Positions 24,816 through 33,961 of a stretch of DNA of 55,344 nucleotides are shown here, piece after piece. Below the pieces are notes generated by a model that made no database searches, was not told the origin of the DNA, and saw only the letters and a list, made by a program, of their open reading frames with translations. Positions within the stretch are counted from its first letter, which is position 1; every line of letters begins with the position of its first letter. The DNA lies in NCBI RefSeq assembly GCF_964213995.1, contig NW_027590307.1:434001-489344 (forward strand). The letters run 5' to 3'. Source of the DNA: Mustelus asterias. Taxonomy: Eukaryota. Made by a program: the position numbers and the translations under genes.

Positions 24816-25010
24816 GACTGGAAAGTGGAGTTGACTCAATCGTATCAGACCTGATCTTATTGTGCGGTGGAGCAGGATTGTGGGCCTGTGCGGCCTACTC
24901 TTGTGTATTTGAGCTGCAACATCTGGGGCTGTACTTCCACAAATCAGGCCACACAGTTAACTCACGCAATTCCAGAAGACTCTTTAACAACAGGCTCCTC
25001 TTCAACTCAG

Positions 25011-25243
25011 TTTATTGCAAAATTAGAATTCATGATCCAATCGGAAAGAAGTAAGGGAAACAGAAGTTTATTGAGCAGCAAGCTGTTTGACTGGGTGAGC
25101 CTCGCAGCCTGTGGCATTTTATCACCTTCCTGTACATCTTCTGTCCCCAACCACCCCCCAAATGCCCCTCACTGACTCCCCCCTCCATCCCAATGCAGCT
25201 TCCTCATATAAGGCACCCAAGAGCATCTGAAAAGCATTTTAAT
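25011..25243 (-). terminator. Candidate polyadenylation signals of FCER1G (ATTAAA 25243-25238, AATAAA 25072-25067, AATAAA 25016-25011)
   Basis: Hexamers on the minus strand 450-680 nt downstream of the stop codon. Which one is used cannot be told from sequence. Confidence 0.5.
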
Positions 25244-25277
25244 ACAAATTAATGCCAAAGAAGTTGTCTCGAGAAGT

Positions 25278-25472
25278 GAATGACCTCCTCCTGTTCCTGT
25301 GTAACAGGTTCTAGAGGGGCTGAATGGCCTCCTCCTGTTCCTGTGTTACGGGCTTAAGAGGGGCTGAATGACCTCCTCCTGTTCCTGTGTAACAGTTTCT
25401 AGAGGGGCTGAATGGCCTCCTCCTGTTCCTGTGTAACAGGTTCTAGAGGGGCTGAATGGCCTCCTCCTGTTC
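25278..25472 (+). repeat. 44-bp tandem repeat (about 4.4 units) in the presumed FCER1G 3'UTR
   Basis: Unit GAATGGCCTCCTCCTGTTCCTGTGTAACAGGTTCTAGAGGGGCT. Confidence 0.9.
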
Positions 25473-25692
25473 TCAGAGAGAGGGACCTGACCCTCGGACG
25501 TGTTTTTGACATTTGACGAGATCACACATTGAAAGCGCGGCTGGATTGCTGAAACATGGATACATAGAGGTTGGTGAACCATTGCTGATGTTAGTCTGAC
25601 CAGAGAGTGGCTGGCTCTGACTCACTCCCTCCTGACCCCCGACACTCCACTTCCCAATACTGGGAGGGAGGAGCCAGGGGCAGATCAGCAGC

Positions 25693-25761
25693 TCACTCCG
25701 GCTTGTGAAACTTCTGAGGCTGCAGAGACTCGTAGGTATCAAGCTGCCGTCCTTCCAGACC
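25693..25761 (-). CDS. FCER1G: FcR gamma exon 5 coding part (GLEGRQLDTYESLQPQKFHKPE*)
   Basis: Acceptor ctcatcccatctgctgcag|GGT. Completes the ITAM YTGL-x7-YESL. TGA at 25695-25693. Total CDS 49+92+51+21+69=282 nt. Confidence 0.95.
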   Translation of the reverse strand, partial: GLEGRQLDTYESLQPQKFHKPE

Positions 25762-25777
25762 CTGCAGCAGATGGGAT

Positions 25778-26722
25778 GAGAGAGACAGACAGACAGGTTA
25801 GAGATAATGTTTTACAGAGAGACACAGAGAGGGACAGAGAAAGAGAGGGACAGAGAAAGAGAGAGACAGAGAGAGAGACACACAGAGAGAGAGAGAGACA
25901 GGTTAGAGATAATGTTTTACAGAGAGACAGAGACAGAAAGGGAGAGAGACAGAGAGAAGGACAGAGAGAGAGAGAGAGACAGAGAGAGGGAGGGAGAAGA
26001 GAGAGGGACAGAGACATAGAGAGAGTGAGACAGAGAGAGAGATAAAGACAGGGACAGAGAGAGAGAGAGACAGAGAGACGAGACTAGGGGAGACAGAGAG
26101 AGAGAGATAGACAGGTTAGAGATAATGTTTTACAGAGAGAGACAGACAGAGAGAGAGGGAGAGAGACAGAGAGACAGAGACAGAGAGAGGGACAGAGAGA
26201 AGGACAGAGAGGGGGACAGATGGACAGAGAGAGAGAGACAGACAGACAGGTTAGAGATAATGTTTTACAGAGAGACAGAGACAGAGGGACAGAGAGAGAG
26301 AGTGAGACAGGTTAGAGATAATGTTTTACAGAGAGACAGAGAGACAGAAACAGAGAGGGAGGGAGAAGAGAGAGCGACAGAGACATAGAGAGAGAGAGAC
26401 AGAGAGAGAGATAAAGACAGGGACAGAGACAGAGAGACAAGACGAGGAGAGACAAAGAGAGAGAGAGAGAGAGACAGACAGGTTAGAGANNNNNNNNNNN
26501 NNNNNNNNNNNNNNNNNNNNNNNNNNNNNNNNNNNNNNNNNNNNNNNNNNNNNNNNNNNNNNNNNNNNNNNNNNNNNNNNNNNNNNNNNNNNNNNNNNNN
26601 NNNNNNNNNNNNNNNNNNNNNNNNNNNNNNNNNNNNGGGGGACAGATGGACAGAGAGAGAGAGAGAGACAGACAGGTTAGAGATAATGTTACACACAAGT
26701 GACAGAGGGGCAGAGAGAGAGA
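25778..26722 (+). repeat. (GA/GACA)n-rich repeat with recurring GACAGGTTAGAGATAATGTTTTACAGAGAG motif; contains an assembly gap (N 26490-26636)
   Basis: Visible repeat filling FCER1G intron 4. Confidence 0.9.
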
Positions 26723-26736
26723 ATGAATGTTCTCAC

Positions 26737-26757
26737 CGTGTAGATTCCTTCTTCTTT
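26737..26757 (-). CDS. FCER1G: FcR gamma exon 4 (KEEGIYT), 21-nt exon with the first ITAM tyrosine
   Basis: Acceptor cctcctctcctccctcatacag|AAA, donor ACG|gtgaga. Matches mammalian KSDGVYT in length and sequence. Confidence 0.93.
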
Positions 26758-26892
26758 CTGTATGAGGGAGGAGAGGAGGAGACAGATTAAATTTTGGTAA
26801 ATGCCACCAACACATCTCACACATTCCAATCAATATATTGATCGAGTGGCCAGAGATCATTCAGTACAAGTCTCCAGTAACTGCGGAAAATG

Positions 26893-27545
26893 AAAGCTCC
26901 CTCTACACTGTCCACATCAAACACTCCCAGGACAGGTACAGCACGGGGTTAGATACAGAGTAAAGCTCCCTCTACACTGTCCCCAACAAACACTCCCAGG
27001 ACAGGTACAGTACGGGGTTAGATACAGAGTAAATCTCCCTCTACACTGTCCCCATCAAACACTCCCAGGACAGGTACAGCACGGGGTTAGATACAGAGTA
27101 AAGCTCCCTCTACACTGCCCCCATCAAACACTCCCAGGACAGGTACAGCAGGGGGTTAGATACAGAGTAAAGCTCCCTCTACACTGTCCCCATCAAACAC
27201 TCCCAGGACAGGTACAGCACGGGGTTAGATACAGAATAAATCTCCCTCTACATTGTCCCCATCAAACACTCCCAGGACAGCTACAGCACGGGGTTAGATA
27301 GAGAGTAAAGCTCCCTCAACACTGTCCCCATCAAACACTCCCAGGACAGGTACAGCACGGGGTTAGATACAGAGTAAAGCTCCCTCAACACTGTCCCCAT
27401 CAAACACTCCCAGGACAGGTACAGCACGGGGTTAGATACAGAGTAAAGCTCCCTCAACACTGTCCACATCAAACACTCCCAGGACAGGTACAGCAGGGGG
27501 TTAGATACAGAGTAAACCTCCCTCTACACTGTCCCCATCAAACAC
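26893..27545 (-). repeat. 69-bp minisatellite, left part of an array split by a Penelope insertion
   Basis: Reverse complement of the 69-bp unit; the array resumes at 30411. Confidence 0.93.
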
Positions 27546-29022
27546 GATGTGGAGATGCCGGCGTTGGACTGGGGTAAACACAGTAAGAAGTCTCACAACA
27601 CCAGGTTAAAGTCCAACAGGTTTATTTGGTAGCAAACACCACAAGCTTTCGGAGCGCTGCTCCTTCATCAGGTGAGTGGGAATTCTGTTCACAAATAGGG
27701 CATATAAAGACACAAACTCAATTTACAGAATAATGATTGGAATGCGAGTCTTTACAGCTAAACAAGTCTTAAAGGTACAGACAATGTGAGTGGAGAGAGG
27801 GTTAAGCACAGGTTAAAGAGATGTGTATTGTCTCCAAACAGGACAGATAGTGAGATTTTGCAAGTCCAGGCAAGTCATGGGGGTTACAGTTAGTGTGACA
27901 TGAACCCAATATCCCGGTTGAGGCCGTCCTCATGTGTGCGGAACTTGGCTATCAGTTTCTGCTCAGCGACTTTGCGCTGTCGTGTGTCGTGAAGGGCACC
28001 TTGGAGAACGCTTACCCGAAGATCAGAGGCCGAATGCCCGTGACTGCTGAAGTGCTCCCCAACAGGAAGAGAACAGTCTTGCCTGGTGATTGTCGAGTGA
28101 TGTTCATAGAATCATAGAAACCCTACAGTGCAGAAAGAGGCCGTTCGGCCCATCGAGTCTGCACCGACCACAATCTCACCCAGGCCCTACCCCCATATCA
28201 CTACATATTTTACCCGCTAATCCCTCTAACCTACACATCTCAGGACACTAAGGGGCAATTTTAGCATGGCCAATCAACCTAATCGCACATCTTTGGACTG
28301 TGGGGGGAAACCGGAGCACCCGGAGGAAACCAACGCAGACACGAGGAGAATGTGCAAACTCCACACAGACAGTGACCCAAGCCAGGAATCGAACTCGGGA
28401 CCCTGGAGCTGTGAAGCAGCAGTGCTAACCACTGCTACCGTGCCGCCGTGCTACCGTTCATTCATCCGTTGTCGCAGCGTCTGCATGGTTTCCCCAGTGT
28501 ACCATGCCTCGGGATATCCTTTCCTGCAGCGTATCAGCTAGACAACGTTGGCCGAGTTGCAAGAGTATGTACCGTGTACCTGGTGGATGGTGTTCTCACG
28601 TGAGATGATGGCATCCGTGTCGATGGTCCAGCACGTCTTGCAGAGGTTGCTGTGGCAGGGTTGTGTGGTGCCGTGGTCACTGTTCTCCTGAAGGCTGGGT
28701 AGTTTGCTGCGGACAATGGTCTGTTTGAGGTTGTGCGGTTATTTGATGGCAAGAGGTGGGGGTGTGGGGATGGCCTTGGCGACATGTTCGTCTTCATCAA
28801 TGACATGTTGAAGGCTCTGGAGGAGATGTCGTAGCTTCTCCAGTCCGGGGAAGGGTACTCTGTCCACTGTGTCCCGTGTTTGTCTTCTGAGGAGTTCGGT
28901 GTGGTTTTTCACTGTGGCGCGTCGGAACTGTCGATCGATGAGTCGACCGTCCTTAATGGAGACGCTTGTGTCCAAGAATGCAACCGATTCCGGAGAGTAG
29001 CCCATGGTGAGTCTGATGGTGG
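27546..29022 (-). mobile_element. Penelope-like element, inverted arm (interrupted by a SINE)
   Basis: Reverse complement of the 29023-30410 copy, with an internal deletion. Confidence 0.9.
28108..28455 (-). mobile_element. Full-length HE1-type V-SINE inside Penelope, TSD GTTCAT
   Basis: GTTCAT at 28102-28107 and 28456-28461; tRNA head through tail present. Confidence 0.9.
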
Positions 29023-30410
29023 GCTATAAACTAGATACATCGATGACATTTTCTTCCTTTAGACTCATGGTGAACAATCACTGAAACAACTCTATGATCA
29101 CATCAACAAGTTCCATCCCACCATCAGACTCACCATGGACTACTCTCCGGAATCAGTTGCATTCTTGGACACACGCATCTCCATTAAGGACGGTCACCTC
29201 AGCACCTCACTGTACCGCAAGCCCACGGATAACCTCACGATGCTCCACTTCTCCAGCTTCCACCCTAAACACGTTAAAGAAGCCATCCACTACGGACAAG
29301 CCCTCCGAATACACAGGATCTGCTCGGATGAGGAGGATCGCAACAGACACCTCCAGACACTGAAAGATGCCCTCATAAGAACAGGATATGGCGCTCGACT
29401 CATCGATCGATAGTTCTGACAGCCACAGTGAAAAACCGCACCGACCTCCTCAGAAGACGGGACATGGTGGACAGAGTATCCTTCGTCGTCCAGTACTTCC
29501 CCGGAGCGGAGAAGCTACGACATCTCCTCCGGAGCCTTCAACATGTCATTGATGAAGATGAACATCTCGCCAAGGCCATCCCCACACCCCCACTTCTTGC
29601 CTTCAAACAACCACGCAACCTCAAACAGACCATTGTCCGCAGCAAACTACCCAGCCTTCAGGAGAACAGTGACCACGACACCACACAACCCTGCCACAGC
29701 AACCTCTGCAAGACGTGCCGGATCATCGACACGGATGCCATCATCTCACGTGAGAACACCATCCACCAGGTACACGGAACATACTCTTGCAACTCGACCA
29801 ACATGTCTACCTGATACGCTGCAGGAAAGGATGTCCCGAGGCATGGTACATTGGGGAAACCATGCAGACGCTACGACAACGGATGAATGAACACCGCTCG
29901 ACAATCACCAGGCAAGACTGTTCTCTTCCTGTTGGGGAACACTTCAGTGGTCACGGGCATTCGGCCTCTGACCTTCAGGTAAGCGTTCTCCAAGGCGGCC
30001 TTCACGACACACGACAACGCAGAGTCGCTGAGCAGAAACTGATAGCCAAGTTCCGCACACATGAGGACGGCCTCAACCGGGATCTTGGGTTCATGTCACA
30101 CTATCTGTAACCCCCCACGACTTGCCTGGACTTGCAAAATCTCACTACCTGTCCTGTCTGGAGACAACACACATCTCTTCAACCTGTGCTTAATGCTCTC
30201 TCCACTCACATTGTCTGTACCTTTAAGACTTGATTAGCTGTAAAGACTCGCATTCCAATCATTATTCTGTAAATTGAGTTTGTGTCTTTATATGCCCTGT
30301 TTGTGAACAGAACTCCCACTTACCTGACGAAGGAGCAGCGCTCCGAAAGCTAGTGGCTTGTGCTACCAAATAAACCTTGGACTTTAAACTGGTGTTGTGA
30401 GACTTCTTAC
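29023..30410 (+). mobile_element. Penelope-like element (RT from the YIDD motif through GIY-YIG and terminal repeat), degenerate
   Basis: RYIDDIF at ~29034, FLDTRI..TSLYRKPT, YLIRCRKGCPEAWYIGET; stops and frameshifts present. Confidence 0.93.
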
Positions 30411-30626
30411 CACATCAAAAACTCCCAGGACAGGTACAGCACGGGGTTAGATACAGAGTAAACCTCCCTCTACACTGTCCCCATCAAACACTCTCAGGAC
30501 AGGTACAGCACGGGGTTAGATACAGAGTAAACCTCCCTCTACACTGTCCCCATCAAACACTCTCAGGACAGGTACAGCACGGGGTTAGATACCGAATAAA
30601 TCTCTCTCGACACTGTCCCCATCAAA
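30411..30626 (-). repeat. 69-bp minisatellite, right part of the split array
   Basis: Same unit and orientation as 26893-27545. Confidence 0.9.
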
Positions 30627-30791
30627 CGCAGAAAGCAGATTTAAAACTATTTCTGAGAGTTTTGAGAAAGTAATGGAATTTAAATTACTACTCACTGGCA
30701 TTTCCTTACGAGATTCCACTTTTCCTCTGTTCAGTCCAAGATAAACATCTTTCTGGTGGGCTCGTATTTCCTGTCAAATATATAACTCGCA

Positions 30792-31020
30792 GATATTAAC
30801 CCTCTCACCCACCTCTCCCCATTCACACACACCGGACAGCCTGTTCCCTATCGGAGGGGGATTAACCCTCTCACCCACCTCTCCCCATTCACACACACCG
30901 GGCAGCCTGTTCCCCTATCAGAGGGGGATGAACCCCCTCACCCACCTCTCCCCATCGACTCACACCGGGCAGCCTGTTCCCCTATCGGAGGGGGATTCAC
31001 CTCTCACTCACCTCTCCCCC
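30792..31020 (+). repeat. ~67-bp tandem repeat, about 3.4 units
   Basis: GATTAACCCTCTCACCCACCTCTCCCCATTCACACACACCGG..CCTGTTCCCTATCGGAGGGG repeated. Confidence 0.85.
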
Positions 31021-31254
31021 AGTTATAGGTTGAGGTCTCTCGAGAGGTACAACAGTTTTCAGGGATTCGGCAGACAGCAGGAATTGTGTCTGCTCTTCCT
31101 GGAGTTCAGTGAAGATGAAGTGGAGATTTAATCAAGTCGTCTAATATCATAAATGTGGTAACACTCGCTGTTTCCAGTGACAGGAGGGTCAGTGCCCAGA
31201 GAGACACTGATCGCAGAGTATCGATTGGAGAACCAGAGGGAGAGATGAGGAGAA

Positions 31255-31380
31255 ATGACTGTAACACTCCATTCTGCAATCTCTCCCATCCTCCTCTATG
31301 TACCGTATGCTTTGTCTGTACAGCGTGCAAACAACAATACTTTTCACTGGATACTAATACATGTGACAATAATAAATCAA
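31255..31380 (+). mobile_element. Remnant 3' tail of the Rex1/Babar-like LINE family seen at 41860-42405
   Basis: Its reverse complement resembles 41860-41970 (GTCACATGTATT..CAGTGAAAAGTATTGTT). Confidence 0.6.
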
Positions 31381-31659
31381 ATATTTTTACATGGTATGTT
31401 GTGGTGGAGTTGTCGAAGGAGATGCAAAAGTATAACTTTCAGAGGCAATTAGCCAAACACTTGAAGTGGAACAGTGGCTGATATATTTGAAAGAATGCAG
31501 ACTGGAACTAACTCAATGAATGGATAGCTGTAAGATGTTGCATTGCAAGAAAGGTATGGTTTTGAATTGAATGGAAGAATGTTTGTATCTGGATTGTGTC
31601 GAGTGAAGTTGAATATGAATTTTGGAAAGAAGATTTCACCTGTAAATTGTGTGCAAATT

Positions 31660-33529
31660 GTTTTGGAATAGAGTGGAGTGAGGAGTGTATTTGAATGGAG
31701 TGGAGTGAGGATTGTATTGGAATGGAGTGGAGTGAGGATTGTACTGGGATGGAGTGGAGTAGGGATTGTATTTGAATGGAGTGGAGTGAGGATTGTATTG
31801 GAATGGAGTGGAGTGAGGATTGTATTGGAATGGAGTGGAGTGAGGGTTGTATTGGAATGGAGTGGAGTGAGGATTGTATTTGAATGGAGTGGAGTGAGGA
31901 TTGTATTGGAATGGTGTGGAGTGAGGATTGTACTGGGATGGAGTGGAGTAGGGATTGTATTTGAATGGAGTGGAGTGAGGATTGTATTGGAATGGAGTGG
32001 AGTGAGGATTGTATTGGAATGGAGTGGAGTGAGGGTTGTATTGGAATGGAGTGGAGTGAGGATTGTATTTGAATGGAGTGGAGTGAGGATTGTATTTGAA
32101 TGGAGTGGAGTGAGGATTGTATCTGAATGGAGTGGAGTGAGGATTGTATCTGAATGGAGTGGTGAGGATTGTATTGGAATGGAGTGGAGTGAGGATTGTA
32201 TTTGAATGGAGTGGAGTGAGGATTGTATTTGAATGGAGTGGAGTGATGATTGTATTGGAATGGAGTGGAGTGAGGATTGTATTTGAATGGAGTGGAGTGA
32301 GGATTGTATTGGAATGGAGTGGAGTGAGGATTGTATTGGAATGGAGTGGAGTGAGGATTGTATTGGAATGAAGTGGAGTGAGGATTGTATTGGAATGGAG
32401 TGGAGTGAGGGTTGTATTTGAATGGAGTGGAGTGAGGATTGTATTGGAATGGAGTGGAGTGAGGATTGTATTTGAATGGAGTGGAGTGAGGATTGTATTT
32501 GAATGGAGTGGAGTGAGGATTGTATTTGAATGGAGTGGAGTGATGATTGTATTGGAATGGAGTGGAGTAAGGATTGTATTGCAATGGAGTGGAGTGAGGA
32601 TTGTATTTGAATGGAGTGGAGTGAGGATTGGTTTGGAATGGAGTGGAGTGAGGATTGTATCTGAATGGAGCGGAGTGAGGACTGGATTGGAATGGAGTGG
32701 AGTGAGGATTGTATTGGAATGGAGTGGAGTGAGGATTGTATTTGAATGGAGTGGAGTGGGGATTGTATTGGAATGGAGTGGAGTGAGGGTTGTATTTGAA
32801 TGGAGTGGAGTGAGGATTGTATTGGAATGGAGTTGAGTGAGGATTGTATTTGAATGGAGTGGAGTGAGGATTGTATTTGAATGGAGTGGAGTGAGGATTG
32901 TATTTGAATGGAGTGGAGTGAGGATTGTATTTGAATGGAGTGGAGTGATGATTGTATTGGAATGGAGTGGAGTGAGGATTGGATTGGAATGGAGTGGAGT
33001 GAGGATTGTATTTGAATGGAGTGGAGTGAGGATTGTATTTGAATGGAGTGGAGTGAGGATTGTATTTGAATGGAGTGGAGTGAGGATTGTATTGGAATGG
33101 TGTGGAGTGAGGATTGTATTTGAATGGAGTGGAGTGAGGATTGGAATAGAATGGAGTGGAGTGAGGATTGTATTTGAATAGAGTGGAGTGAGGATTGTAT
33201 TTGAATGGAGTGGAGTGAGGATTGTATTTGAATGGAGCGGAGTGAGGATTGGATTGGAACGGAGTGGAGTGAGGATTGTATTGGAATGGAGTGGAGTGAG
33301 GATTGTATTGGAATGGAGTGGAGTGAGGATTGTATTGGAATGGAGTGGAGTGAGGGTTGTATTTGAATGGAGTGGAGTGAGGATTGTATTTGAATGGAGT
33401 GGAGTGAGGGTTGTATTTGAATGGAGTGGAGTGAGGGTTGTATTTGAATGGAGTGGAGTGAGGATTGTATTGGAATGGAGTGGAGTGAGGATTGTATTGG
33501 AATGGAGTGGAGTGAGGACTGTATTTGAA
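31660..33529 (+). repeat. 27-bp minisatellite (GAATGGAGTGGAGTGAGGATTGTATT[G/T]), about 69 units
   Basis: Visible tandem repeat; 9-aa periodicity in several frames. Confidence 0.97.
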
Positions 33530-33692
33530 GTGAGCAGGGTGGTATTATTGCTTCCATTGAGCTTCTCTCCTGTGTAATGCTGCTGTTCCTGGTTCATTTG
33601 GCCACTGAGAAAGCAGCCCCACCGTCCCCCCGCGCCCCCCCACCCGCCCGCCCCCCACAGCAGCAGTTCGCAGGTGCCTCCATGTTCTTTAC

Positions 33693-33743
33693 CTCGTATT
33701 CCGAGCCCTGAGCAGGTGCCTTTGCTTTCTTGTTCATCTGGAG
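33693..33743 (-). CDS. FCER1G: FcR gamma exon 3 (LQMNKKAKAPAQGSEYE)
   Basis: Acceptor ttctcttctcctattcactcag|CTC, donor GAG|gtaaag, 51 nt, phase 0/0. Basic juxtamembrane segment ending YE, like mammalian IQVRKAAITSYE. Confidence 0.9.
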
Positions 33744-33961
33744 CTGAGTGAATAGGAGAAGAGAATCAATTCACCTTTCAGAGCGAGGCTCAGACTTTGT
33801 CTCCTCCTCCATCCTCTCCTCTGCTGCTTTCTAAAAGACAAGCTACCCCTCCCCACATCCTCCATTCATCAAACTGAATATCCGCAGACAAGCATTGACC
33901 TCATTCCAAAATTGTAGAGGTTTCTCACTCCCAAATAGTGCAACTCACCGATTGAAACCTT

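Noticed and set aside
23433-25054. Plus-strand Gly/Trp-rich ORFs (TAWASGSGFD; GGAVGFGG) and the minus-strand Pro-rich ORF 24081-24839
   Set aside because: The first is the antisense shadow of the SNPEPEAQAV frame and is broken by stops left of 23433. The others come from a low-complexity G-run VNTR.
31449-33597. 702-aa and 653-aa ORFs (SSLHSIQIQ / TPLHSNTIL)
   Set aside because: A 27-bp intronic minisatellite open in multiple frames, with a frameshift near 32160.
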